From an uncultured Klebsiella sp. (GTDB lineage Bacteria; Myxococcota_A; UBA796; SXON01), in the NCBI GenBank assembly GCA_964359125.1, contig CAYHRZ010000001.1:1-49105 (forward strand): a stretch of 49,105 nucleotides of DNA, written 5' to 3'. The translations under genes and the position numbers were made by a program. The notes beneath the pieces were generated by a model. That model ran no database searches. It was given only the letters and a program-made list of their open reading frames with translations, and was not told the DNA's origin. How positions within the stretch are numbered: the stretch's first letter is position 1; each line of letters begins with the position of its first letter. This document shows, piece after piece, positions 7,983 through 16,217 of this stretch.

Positions 7983-9304
7983 GCGAACTCTTCAACCTCG
8001 CCCGGCGCACCGTCGCCCAGGCGCAGGCGTTGGGCGCCGAGGAAGTGTCGGTGTCCGTGTCGCGCAGCACCGAGGTGTCGATGACGCGGCGGGCGGGCAA
8101 GCTCGAGCAGGCCACCCAGGCCACCAGCCTGGGGCTCTCGCTGTCGTTGCTGGTCGACGACCGCTACTCCGGGCACGCCACGTCGGACCTGCGGCCGGAG
8201 GCGCTCGACGTCTTCCTCCGGCGCGCGGTCGACGCCACGCGCGTGCTCGAACCCGAACCGGAGCGCCGACAACCCGAGTTCAAGGACTGTGGTCGCGGCG
8301 TGAGCGAGGAGGTGCTCGACAGCTTCGACGCCTCGCGTGAGGCCTTGCCGGTGGAGGCCAGGCGCCAGTTGGCGGAGCAACTCGAGGCCGCCGTCGACGC
8401 GCTGCCGTCGCGCAAGCAGATCATCTCCGCCACGATGTACGTGGGCGACAGCGCCGACGAGTCGGTCCGGGTGATGTCGAACGGCTTCGAGGGCGCGCGC
8501 CGCGGCACGGGCTTCGGAGCCGGCCTGGAGATGACGCTGGAAGAGCCGGGCGGCCGCCGCCCCGAGGCCATGGCCTGGTACGGCGCAGCCCACCGTGCGG
8601 ACCTCCCGGACCCCGGCGCCATCGCGGCCGAGGCCTGGAAACGAGCCGCAGAACGCCTAGGCGCCAAGCCCATCGCCTCGGGTCGGTACCCGATGCTCCT
8701 GCAGAACCACGTCGTGGGGCGCATCCTCGGGGTGATCGGCGGGCCGCTATCCGGCTCGGAACTACACCAGCAACGCAGTTTCCTGGCCGGTCGGAAAGAC
8801 ACGCCGGTGGCCAGCGCGGCGCTCACCCTCACCGACGTGCCCGACATCCCCCGTGCCGCGGGCTCCCGCCCCTGGGACGGTGACGGCCTGGTGGCGCGGC
8901 GCATGCCGGTGATCGAGAACGGCGTGCTCCGCAACTACTACATCAGCACCTACTACGGCCGCAAGCTCGGCATGCCGGTGACCAGCGGCGGCCGGAGCAA
9001 CTGGGTTGTATCACCAGGATTGAGGTCTCCAGCTGATATTCTAGGAGATGTATCACAGTGTATCGTGGTGACCGGCTTCCTCGGCGGCAACAGCAACGGC
9101 CTCACCGGCGACTTCAGCTTCGGCGTCCAGGGCCTGCTCGTCGAGCGCGGCGAGGTGGCTGCCCACCTCGGCGAGATGAACGTCTCGGGGAACATCGAGT
9201 CGGTCCTCAAGGCGATGGTGGAGCCGGCCAACGACGTCTGGACCTGGTCGAGCTTGCGCTCGCCCTCGTTGTTGTTCGAGGGGATCCAGTTCTCGGGGAC
9301 CTAG
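7979..9304 (+). CDS. pmbA: Metalloprotease PmbA/TldE
   Basis: ATG 7979 overlaps the tldD stop (ATGA). MSELFNLARRTVAQAQALGAEEVSVSV... and the C-terminal GFLGGNSNGLTGDFSFGVQG are typical of PmbA. The tldD-pmbA pairing is standard. Confidence 0.9.
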   Translation: MSELFNLARRTVAQAQALGAEEVSVSVSRSTEVSMTRRAGKLEQATQATSLGLSLSLLVDDRYSGHATSDLRPEALDVFLRRAVDATRVLEPEPERRQPEFKDCGRGVSEEVLDSFDASREALPVEARRQLAEQLEAAVDALPSRKQIISATMYVGDSADESVRVMSNGFEGARRGTGFGAGLEMTLEEPGGRRPEAMAWYGAAHRADLPDPGAIAAEAWKRAAERLGAKPIASGRYPMLLQNHVVGRILGVIGGPLSGSELHQQRSFLAGRKDTPVASAALTLTDVPDIPRAAGSRPWDGDGLVARRMPVIENGVLRNYYISTYYGRKLGMPVTSGGRSNWVVSPGLRSPADILGDVSQCIVVTGFLGGNSNGLTGDFSFGVQGLLVERGEVAAHLGEMNVSGNIESVLKAMVEPANDVWTWSSLRSPSLLFEGIQFSGT

Positions 9305-9319
9305 TACGCCGATCCGGAC

Positions 9320-10228
9320 CTACTTCCCGCGCGGTCGGCTGCCCTCGGGCAACTCCGCCGCCAGGCGGCGGTGGGCCTCGTCGAGCGCGCCGGACTTGCC
9401 CGAGAAGTCGGCGGGCTTGAAGGGCTGTCCGAACGCCAGGCGCACCGGCCCGCGGAACATCCGCGGGGCGTCGATCGGGAACAGGGCGTCGCCGCCGGTC
9501 TGCGCCAGCGGCAAGACCGAGAGGCCGTCGACGGCCAGGTAGCGAGCCGCCGCCCGCAGGAACGGCTGGAGTCGACCGTCGCGGCTCCGCGTGCCCTCCG
9601 GGTACAGCAGCACGATGTAGCCCTCGTCCATCAGGCGGGTGCACGCCTGGAGCGTCTCGACCGCCACCGCGGCCAGCTCCCTGGCGCTCATGCTGTCTTG
9701 TTCGCTGGCCACCGCCGACGACTGCGCCGTCTTGCGCGTGTTCAGCGCGATCGAGGCCATCCGGCGCCAGGGCTCGGTGTAGACCTTCGGCCCCGCCACG
9801 GCCACCAGTCGGTCGGCCAGCGAGGAAAGGCCCGCCCGCGCCAGCACGCCGTCGGTGATCTGGGTGTCGGTGTAGCTGAGGTGGTTGCAGACGATCAGCC
9901 GTCGACCGCCGCGCTCGTCGAAACTCAGGAGCCGGTCCACGCCGCGCAACTCCTGCGGCTCCATCAGCGCCGACATGTACACGCGGGTCAGGCGCCGCGC
10001 CAGGGGGTCGGCCCGGAACAGTTTCCAGCCCGATCCCGCCGCCGCGTAGGCGGCCAGCAGGGCGGCGACCTCGTCGTCGCCGGCCACGTCGACGATCCTT
10101 TGCAAGTCGCGATGCAGCCGGTCGCACACGTATTGCTCGGCTTGAAGGTGGCTTGCGACCCAGGCGGCGAGGCCAGCCCGGACCTGCTCCGGCGACAGCG
10201 CCGCGAGCGCTTCGATGGACAGCTCCAT
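9320..10228 (-). CDS. 1-acyl-sn-glycerol-3-phosphate acyltransferase family (PlsC-like)
   Basis: HX4D motif (CNHLSYTD) and PEGTRS motif. The start is taken at ATG 10228 (MELSIEAL); the longer ORF to 10399 looks like junk. Confidence 0.8.
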   Translation of the reverse strand: MELSIEALAALSPEQVRAGLAAWVASHLQAEQYVCDRLHRDLQRIVDVAGDDEVAALLAAYAAAGSGWKLFRADPLARRLTRVYMSALMEPQELRGVDRLLSFDERGGRRLIVCNHLSYTDTQITDGVLARAGLSSLADRLVAVAGPKVYTEPWRRMASIALNTRKTAQSSAVASEQDSMSARELAAVAVETLQACTRLMDEGYIVLLYPEGTRSRDGRLQPFLRAAARYLAVDGLSVLPLAQTGGDALFPIDAPRMFRGPVRLAFGQPFKPADFSGKSGALDEAHRRLAAELPEGSRPRGK

Positions 10229-11294
10229 GCGGCGCGGAGTTAGCCCGTTGCGCTTGCAACGTCTGCCCCCAACGCTCATCGACGCGGACGGCGCGTTGTG
10301 CGCACTACAGCGCCGCGTCGCCACTTCGCGGTACCTGAACCCCACCAACGAGCCCGAGCTGCGCGCCGCGTTCGCCGCGGGCAAGCCAGTACGACCCACC
10401 TACGTCCCCGCGAGCTGGGCCGACGAGCACCTCCGCGCGCTGGACCGCATCCGGCCGCCACTGGGCCACGCCCTGGGCGCCGTCGTCGCCCAGGCGGTCG
10501 AGGAGTCACGGCTCGCAGCGCGGGCGCTTCGCGACCGCTCCGCCGAGGCCTTCGCCGCCCTGGGCGCGGCCGCGGGCTGGGACGACCCGCCGGGGGTGCC
10601 GTCGCCGCCCCCGTTCCCCGCCCGCGTCGCCGACGAAACCCGCCTGGGGGCCCCTGTCCTCGCGGATCACCTCGCAGCGGCCTTGCGCGCCCGGCGCCTG
10701 GACCGCTGGCGCGTGGAGATGGACCCGGTGATGAGCGCGCGCGTGCTGGTCGACGCGCCCCGCTTCACCGTCCGCGTCAACCCGCGCGCCACCTGCACCA
10801 CGACGGAACTCCACGCGCTGGAGGCGCACGAGATCGACGTGCACGTGGCTCGCGCCGAGGCCGGAAGCCGACAGCCGCTGGCGATTTTTGCCCACGGCCT
10901 CCCCGGCTCGCTCCCCACCGAGGAGGGGCTGGCGCTGCACGCCGAGGCCGAGGTGGTCGGGCTGCCGAGTGGGGCCCTCGCCCGGCTCGAGAGCATGGCG
11001 GCCATGGCCCTGCGCGCCCAGGACATGGGCCTCACCGAACTGGTGCGGGAGGCGGCGCCCAGGGTGGGGGCCGCGACGGCACTGGGCATGGCGCTCCGGG
11101 TGAAGCGCGGCCTGTCCAACATGGAGCAGCCGGGGGCCTACACCAAGGACCGGGTGTACTGGCTCGGCGTCCTGCGCGTCGCGGACTACCTCCGGCGCGG
11201 GGGCGCGCGCGACCTGCTCGCCGTCGGCAAGGTGGGCATCCAGCACCCCGTGGGCGACTGGGTGGAGCGCGGGTGGGTCAGTCCACCTGGATGA
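10227..11294 (+). CDS. DUF1704 / 'QEGLA-motif' protein (tyrosine/phenylalanine carboxypeptidase-like metalloprotein)
   Basis: HEIDVHV ... [12 protein letters not shown] matches the HExxxH + (Q/E)EGLA signature of this family. The start is uncertain (ATG 10215 or 10227, or a later TTG). Confidence 0.7.
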   Translation: MRRGVSPLRLQRLPPTLIDADGALCALQRRVATSRYLNPTNEPELRAAFAAGKPVRPTYVPASWADEHLRALDRIRPPLGHALGAVVAQAVEESRLAARALRDRSAEAFAALGAAAGWDDPPGVPSPPPFPARVADETRLGAPVLADHLAAALRARRLDRWRVEMDPVMSARVLVDAPRFTVRVNPRATCTTTELHALEAHEIDVHVARAEAGSRQPLAIFAHGLPGSLPTEEGLALHAEAEVVGLPSGALARLESMAAMALRAQDMGLTELVREAAPRVGAATALGMALRVKRGLSNMEQPGAYTKDRVYWLGVLRVADYLRRGGARDLLAVGKVGIQHPVGDWVERGWVSPPG

Positions 11295-12039
11295 GGGCGC
11301 CGAAGCCCGGCAGTTCTTCCTTCAGCAGCGCCTCCACGCCCATCTTCATCGTCATCACGCTCGACGGGCAAGACTGGCAGGAGCCCACGAGCTTCACGTA
11401 CACGTCGTTGTTCTCGATCTTCAGCAGCCGGATGTCACCGCCGTCGCCCTGGAGGGCCGGGCGCACCATCTCGTCGAACAACTCCTGCACCTGCTCCATC
11501 GAGAAGGCCGGTGCGCCCACCTCGTCCTGGCCTGCGGGCGCGGGCGCCGCGGGCGCCGCTTGCGCCGCTTGCGCCGGTTGGGCGGGGGCGGCGGCCGCAG
11601 GCGGGGGCGCGGCCTCGGCGCTGGCAACGGCCTCGGCCGCGTCGGCCTTCTTCCTCGAGGGCTTCTTCGCCTTCTTCACCGGCGCCGCGTCTGCGGCGGG
11701 CGCAGCGTCGGCACTCGGGGCGTCCTCGGCGACGGGGGACGCCTCCGCGGCCGGGGCCGCCTCCGCGACCGGGGCTGCCTCCGCGACCGGGGCTGCCTCC
11801 ACGACGGGCGCCGCCTCCGCGACCGGGGCGGCCTCCGCGGCGGGGGCCGCCGCCACGACGGGCGCCGCCTCCACGACCGGAGCCGCTTCCGCCGCGGGCG
11901 GGGGCGGCGTCCCCACTGCTGCCGCGGCGACCGGCGCGTCCCGCCACGCGGGGGGCGGCGGCGGGCTCGCGGGCGGCTGGGGGTGCTCGCGCAGCCCAAG
12001 AACACGCTTGATGCCGGACTTTAGGGCGCTACGAATCAT
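11278..12039 (-). CDS. Nfu/NifU-C-terminal-domain Fe-S cluster protein with a long Pro/Ala/Glu repeat N-terminal extension
   Basis: The C-terminus [47 protein letters not shown] is the Nfu CxxC domain. The N-terminal 170 aa contain (EAAPVA)n repeats. Confidence 0.85.
   Translation of the reverse strand: MIRSALKSGIKRVLGLREHPQPPASPPPPPAWRDAPVAAAAVGTPPPPAAEAAPVVEAAPVVAAAPAAEAAPVAEAAPVVEAAPVAEAAPVAEAAPAAEASPVAEDAPSADAAPAADAAPVKKAKKPSRKKADAAEAVASAEAAPPPAAAAPAQPAQAAQAAPAAPAPAGQDEVGAPAFSMEQVQELFDEMVRPALQGDGGDIRLLKIENNDVYVKLVGSCQSCPSSVMTMKMGVEALLKEELPGFGALIQVD
11741..11902. repeat. Nine tandem imperfect 18-bp units (consensus GCCTCCGCGACCGGGGCY)
   Basis: Read directly. The units are in frame on the minus strand and encode the (E/A)AAPV(A/V) repeats of the Nfu-like protein. 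Confidence 0.9.
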
Positions 12040-12142
12040 CTGTACCTCGCGGGCATCCTAGCAGCATAATCACCGCCTCCGCGTGTTCCGGTAGTCCGCC
12101 CCGCGCTGTTTCTCGTTAAGCCGCGCGCCCGCGAGATTCACA

Positions 12143-12532
12143 ATGTCCGTGCCGCACATCCGCATCGTGGCCGCCGAGATCGAGCGCGACGGGGCATTCC
12201 TGATCACCCAGCGCCGCCCCGAGGCCGAGCTACCGCTGCTCTGGGAGTTCCCCGGCGGCCGCGTTCGCGACGGCGAGAGCGACAGCGAGGCCCTGCGACG
12301 CTGCCTCCGCGACCGCCTGGGCTGCGAGGCCCAGGTGGGCCACCGCGTGCTGCACGTCTCCCACGCCTACCCCGACTACACCCTCGACATGGTGGTGTAC
12401 CGCTGCGGCCTGCTTGGCGAGCCACATATCCTCCGGGTACACGCAATTTGCTGGGTTACACCCGAGCAGTTCGGTGACTACCGGTTCCCGGGCGCGGACC
12501 AGCAGACGGTCGACAAGTTGTTGAGGGACTAG
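12143..12532 (+). CDS. Nudix hydrolase (MutT-like) with a degenerate Nudix box
   Basis: LLWEFPGGRVRDGESDSEALRRCLRDRLGC aligns to GX5EX7REUXEEXGU. Size is 129 aa. Confidence 0.8.
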   Translation: MSVPHIRIVAAEIERDGAFLITQRRPEAELPLLWEFPGGRVRDGESDSEALRRCLRDRLGCEAQVGHRVLHVSHAYPDYTLDMVVYRCGLLGEPHILRVHAICWVTPEQFGDYRFPGADQQTVDKLLRD

Positions 12533-12541
12533 CGGACGCAG

Positions 12542-12559
12542 GGCGCGATGAGTCGTGCC
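12542..12559. repeat. Hairpin element GGCGCGATGAGTCGTGCC (member of a 3-copy family)
   Basis: 7-bp stem (one G-T pair) and 4-nt loop in a convergent intergenic gap. It matches 48990-49007 at 16 of 18 positions. The reverse complement of the 48990-49007 copy in turn matches 29762-29779 at 16 of 18 positions. Confidence 0.6.
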
Positions 12560-12573
12560 CCGCGGTCGCGACG

Positions 12574-13557
12574 CTACTCCTCGCCCGTCTGCAACACCCG
12601 CGGCAGCCGGGAGCCCGTCTCGCCACCGAGCTCCCGTGGGTCGCCAGGCACCGTTTCCACCAGCTTCGCCGCCTTGGCGCGGTCCATGTCGAGGATGGTG
12701 ACCACGAGATCCGAGGTACCGGCGGGCGTCTCCGTCACCCACACCACGTGCTCGCCGCGCCAGTACCAGGCCTTGAGCGCGCTGTCCCAGCGGGGGGCGC
12801 CCAGGACCTCCTTGATCCGCTCGCGCAGCCTGAAACTGCCGGTGTCGCCCCGCACCAGGAAGCGCGCCGCGTAGAGCCCGTTGTTGCCGTCGAAACTCCA
12901 CGCCGCCGCGCCGGCCACCCCCATCAGGACCGCGTCGCTGTCGAAGGCGCGACCGTAGGTGGTGCTGTTGCGGTACTGCGCCGACATCTTGCGGTCGTCG
13001 AGGCGATCGAAGCTGTCGCCAAAGTTGACGTTGGCCAACCCGTGGTGCCGGTCCACCAGGGGCGGCACCGGTCCGGGGTCGGCCTCGAAACGGAAGGTGT
13101 AGGTGGCCTCGGGTTCCTGGCGGGTGGGATGCAACAGCGCCGGGAACTCCCGCTTCAGCAGTCCGTCCACCACGCAGCCGGCCAGCGCCTCGTGGGCGCC
13201 GGCGGCGGGGCGGGCCACGGTGAACTTCGCCGAGCGATTCACCCGCAGCCTCACCGCCGCTTCCGTGCCCGGCGCCACCCCCGCCGCGACCGCGCAGGCC
13301 CCGACCACCACGCTCTCGCGCGCCAGCAGGGCGTCGAGGGCGGCCATGTCGGCCCGGCGGTCCACCAGGTTGTCGACCTCGCGCTCCCAGGCCTCGAGCG
13401 CGGCCTCGGTGGCCTGGCGCGGCATCTCCGGGTCCTCGGTGGTCTCGGCCTCCACCTGCATCCGCCAGAGCTGCACCGGTGCGCCGTCGCCGAGAACCGT
13501 CACCTTCAGGGGCTCGGCGTTCTTGGCGAGCGCCACGCCCAGCGCGAGGATCAGCAT
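12574..13557 (-). CDS. Hypothetical secreted protein
   Basis: 327-aa ORF with a hydrophobic N-terminus (MLILALGVALA). Its start lies 1 nt after the stop of the upstream hydroxylase gene. GC3 is good and I recognise no family. Confidence 0.6.
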   Translation of the reverse strand: MLILALGVALAKNAEPLKVTVLGDGAPVQLWRMQVEAETTEDPEMPRQATEAALEAWEREVDNLVDRRADMAALDALLARESVVVGACAVAAGVAPGTEAAVRLRVNRSAKFTVARPAAGAHEALAGCVVDGLLKREFPALLHPTRQEPEATYTFRFEADPGPVPPLVDRHHGLANVNFGDSFDRLDDRKMSAQYRNSTTYGRAFDSDAVLMGVAGAAAWSFDGNNGLYAARFLVRGDTGSFRLRERIKEVLGAPRWDSALKAWYWRGEHVVWVTETPAGTSDLVVTILDMDRAKAAKLVETVPGDPRELGGETGSRLPRVLQTGEE

Positions 13558-13558
13558 C

Positions 13559-14155
13559 TCAGTAGGTGCGGAACACGTGGTCCCACAACGTGGTGCTCAC
13601 CCCGTACTTCCGACCGTCCTTGTTGTGGTGATGGTTCATGTGGTGGGCCCGCAGGCGCTTGAACCAGGTGCCCGTCACCTTGCCGTGGTGCACGTAGTAG
13701 TGGGTCATGTCGTAGGCGATGTAGCCCGCGACCTTGCCGGCGAAGAACGGGAACACCAAGCTGCCCATGAGCAACCACCACATCCCGAAGAACAGGCCGC
13801 CCAGCGCGAGCGCCGCCGCCGGGGGCATCACCAGCCGGAGGTGGTCGTCGACGTAGTCGTGGTGGACGCCGTGCATCAGGAAGTGGAAACGCGGCCCCCA
13901 GCTCGTCTTGGGCACCCAGTGAAACAGCTCCCGGTGGAGCCAGTACTCCGAGAAGGTCCAGACGAAGAGGCCCGCGGCGAAAAGCGCCAGGCTGGTGCCC
14001 AGACCCAGGCCCACCCCCGCGAGGCCGTAGGCAAAACAAGCCACGACGATCGGCACGAAAACCGCGGGGACCAGGTACCACGGCACCCGGCTGAAGCCGT
14101 CGATGAACTTGTTCTCGAACATCGGGGGCGAGCGGTCGGTGGCGGGGAAGAACAT
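13559..14155 (-). CDS. Fatty acid hydroxylase superfamily protein (FA2H/sterol-desaturase-like di-iron membrane enzyme)
   Basis: Histidine boxes HRELFH, HGVHH and HHMNHH, with about 4 TM segments. Confidence 0.8.
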   Translation of the reverse strand: MFFPATDRSPPMFENKFIDGFSRVPWYLVPAVFVPIVVACFAYGLAGVGLGLGTSLALFAAGLFVWTFSEYWLHRELFHWVPKTSWGPRFHFLMHGVHHDYVDDHLRLVMPPAAALALGGLFFGMWWLLMGSLVFPFFAGKVAGYIAYDMTHYYVHHGKVTGTWFKRLRAHHMNHHHNKDGRKYGVSTTLWDHVFRTY

Positions 14156-14212
14156 CGGGAGCGCATATCCAGAGGCGGGACGATGTCAACTATGTAGTAT
14201 TTTCCCCAGCAG

Positions 14213-15493
14213 TTACCCGCGGCGACGCCGGGCGGCGAGGAGCGCCGTCGCGGCGGCGATCATCCCCGGAGCGGCCGCGTTGTCGCAACCGCAGCCGGTG
14301 CCCGCGCTCTGCAAGCCGGGGTCGTCGCCCCCGGGCGAGTCGCCATCGAGGTCGCCGTCGTCGTCCCAGCCGTCCTCCTCGGTGGGCGTGTCGCGACCGT
14401 CGCAGAAGCTCTCCACGCAGGAGTAGTTCTGCTCGTAGTCGTCGGCGTAGGCGGTCACCATCGGCTCGTAGAGGCCCGAGCCGTAGAGCACGAGGTCCGT
14501 CTCGGCCTGCTCCGGCGTGTAGCGCATGTGCAGCCGCGTGAGGTGGTGGTTGTCGGCGTTGCCCCGGAAGCCCAGCGCCTCCACGTCTTCCTCGGTGATG
14601 TACACCCCCGAGCAGGGGTTGCAGTCGTAGAAGCCGCCGGCAAACTCCACCGTCCAGCCGGCGTCGCCCACCGCCGTCCACGCCTTCGTGTAGAGGTCGT
14701 CGTAGAACACCGAGAAGTCGTCGGCGTTGGGATCCCCCCAGATACACTTGTCGGGCACCTCGAACTCTGGGTAGTTCGAGATCGCCGCGCGGGCGGGGTC
14801 GTTGGCGCCTTCGAGCTCGGTGAAGGCGTAGATGATCATGTCTTGTTCGCCGGGCGAGTTCAGCGTGGCCAGGCGCAGGGGGATGGCGAAGAGCTCGCTG
14901 TCGTACGACACTTGCAGCGGCGAGAGCGGCACCCCGGTCGCGACCGCAGCCTCCTCCGCCACCTTGGCCGCGAGGAAGTAGCTCCCAGCCTCGATGTACT
15001 CGGCCAGGCGCTCGTCGGCGCCGGTGGGCAGGTAGTAGGCGTTGGCGTCGAGCCAGGCCCCGAGGCTCGACGACTCCTCGGCGGAGAGGATCACCACCTG
15101 GTACTCGCCCACGAGGTACTCGGCCTCCACCGTCACCCCGGTGTCGCCCGCGTCGGCGGTGTCGGACTGGGGGCCGCCGTCCTCGTAGGCCACGCCCGAG
15201 TCGGTGTTCGGGCAACCGGCGTCGTTCACATGCCGAGGGGCGCTGTACCCGTCCAAGCGGGCGAAGATCGACGGGTCCAGGGTCGTGACCTCGTCCTGGG
15301 CCAGCACCTCGGGCACCGGCATCACCAGCGCGAAGGCCTGGGGGTCGCCCACCGGGTTGATCGACACCGAGAACGTGGTGCGGTTGTCCTGGCGGACGAT
15401 GGCCACTTGCGCCGTGTCGAACGACAAGCTCGACGGCGTGCCGGTGGCGACGGTGGGACAGGGCAAGGCGAGCGAGACGGCGAGAAGGAGCAC
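14213..15493 (-). CDS. Secreted DUF2330-like protein with MYXO-CTERM-like sorting tail
   Basis: GTG 15493 is preceded by GGAGGG. It has a signal peptide, an acidic C-terminal linker, and the tail GTGCGCDNAAAPGMIAAATALLAARRRRG (Cys motif + TM + Arg cluster). Confidence 0.75.
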   Translation of the reverse strand: MLLLAVSLALPCPTVATGTPSSLSFDTAQVAIVRQDNRTTFSVSINPVGDPQAFALVMPVPEVLAQDEVTTLDPSIFARLDGYSAPRHVNDAGCPNTDSGVAYEDGGPQSDTADAGDTGVTVEAEYLVGEYQVVILSAEESSSLGAWLDANAYYLPTGADERLAEYIEAGSYFLAAKVAEEAAVATGVPLSPLQVSYDSELFAIPLRLATLNSPGEQDMIIYAFTELEGANDPARAAISNYPEFEVPDKCIWGDPNADDFSVFYDDLYTKAWTAVGDAGWTVEFAGGFYDCNPCSGVYITEEDVEALGFRGNADNHHLTRLHMRYTPEQAETDLVLYGSGLYEPMVTAYADDYEQNYSCVESFCDGRDTPTEEDGWDDDGDLDGDSPGGDDPGLQSAGTGCGCDNAAAPGMIAAATALLAARRRRG

Positions 15494-15612
15494 GAGGCCC
15501 TCCGGGGGACAGGCCCCTACTATGCCTCCGGCGAGCCCTGGTCGCCAGCCTCCCCCGCCCGGCCCGCGATCCGCTCCCCGAGCTTCACGGGTTGGCCGGG
15601 GGTGGTGGTTCG
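15487..15612. repeat. Direct repeat copy A (left boundary of the inserted cassette)
   Basis: 40 nt are identical to 18638-18677, followed by ~85 nt at ~80% identity to 18678-18763. Confidence 0.85.
15520..15606 (-). pseudogene. Displaced remnant of the psd 3' end (28 codons + stop)
   Basis: Translates to TTPGQPVKLGERIAGRAGEAGDQGSPEA*, compared with the genuine psd C-terminus ATPGQPVKLGERIAVRVGEAGGAPPEGA*. No upstream psd body is present. Confidence 0.7.
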
Positions 15613-15620
15613 TCTGGACG

Positions 15621-15863
15621 CTAGTCGGACGGACATTTCTCGAGGTCGTAGTACTCTTCGGTCAGGCAGTCGCAGGCCACGTTGACCGGTCGCCAGCGGC
15701 AAGCGCCGTCCACGTTCGAACACCCACAGTAGAACGTCGTTCCACAACCGTCGCAGCGGTAGTCGTACTCGCTGCTGGCGTCGCAGATCGCCAACGGCGC
15801 GAGCCGCCAGCAGGGTGCGTCGTCGCCGCAGGCCAAGAGCGAGGTGGCGACGGTCCAGACCAT
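15621..15863 (-). CDS. Small Cys-rich lipoprotein, paralog 1 (80 aa)
   Basis: MVWTVATSLLAC lipobox, then about 10 Cys in a pattern shared with the neighbouring paralog (Y-x-CDGCG-x-T...C-x-C...C-x-W...CDC-x-T-E/D-E). GC3 is lower than in neighbouring genes. Confidence 0.65.
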   Translation of the reverse strand: MVWTVATSLLACGDDAPCWRLAPLAICDASSEYDYRCDGCGTTFYCGCSNVDGACRWRPVNVACDCLTEEYYDLEKCPSD

Positions 15864-15938
15864 CAGGACAGCTCGCGGCCGACGCAGGCGTTGACTCTCA
15901 ACGTGAACCACCTCACGACCCGCAGTTCGGGCACGCAC

Positions 15939-16217
15939 TCAGTCGCCCTCCCCAAAGTCGTTACCGTCCCAGTAGCACTCGTCGCGAGACTCGTCTAGGC
16001 GGTGTTCATCTGTCACGCAGTCGCAGGTGATGTCGGACTTTAACCAATCGCACTCGATGCCTGGTCGGTGACAAGAACACAGCGACGTGCGCCCGCAGCC
16101 GTCGCACTGGTAGGTCTCGTGATTACTGTAGTCGCAGTCGAAGCTCGGCAAGATCGGCTCGCACTCCGCGTCGCCGTCGCAGGCCAGCAACGAAACGCAG
16201 AGCAGACAGACCGTCAC
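15939..16217 (-). CDS. Small Cys-rich lipoprotein, paralog 2 (92 aa)
   Basis: The GTG start overlaps the upstream stop (GTGA). VTVCLLCVSLLAC lipobox. The Cys pattern is conserved with paralog 1. Confidence 0.65.
   Translation of the reverse strand: MTVCLLCVSLLACDGDAECEPILPSFDCDYSNHETYQCDGCGRTSLCSCHRPGIECDWLKSDITCDCVTDEHRLDESRDECYWDGNDFGEGD

Noticed and set aside
11741-11902. Possible CRISPR array or other non-coding tandem array (also considered for 2-130 and 49003-49038)
   Set aside because: The units are contiguous with no spacers, only 6-18 bp long, and (for the first two) in frame within genes. No cas genes are present.
10298-12061. 587-aa plus-strand ORF spanning the DUF1704 and Nfu loci. 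The same applies to 27637-29751 (+), 7211-7978 (+), 9207-10259 (-) and 40770-42644 (-).
   Set aside because: The composition is that of off-frame translation of GC-rich DNA (runs of R, P, G, A). Each overlaps a gene with strong motif support in another frame or strand.
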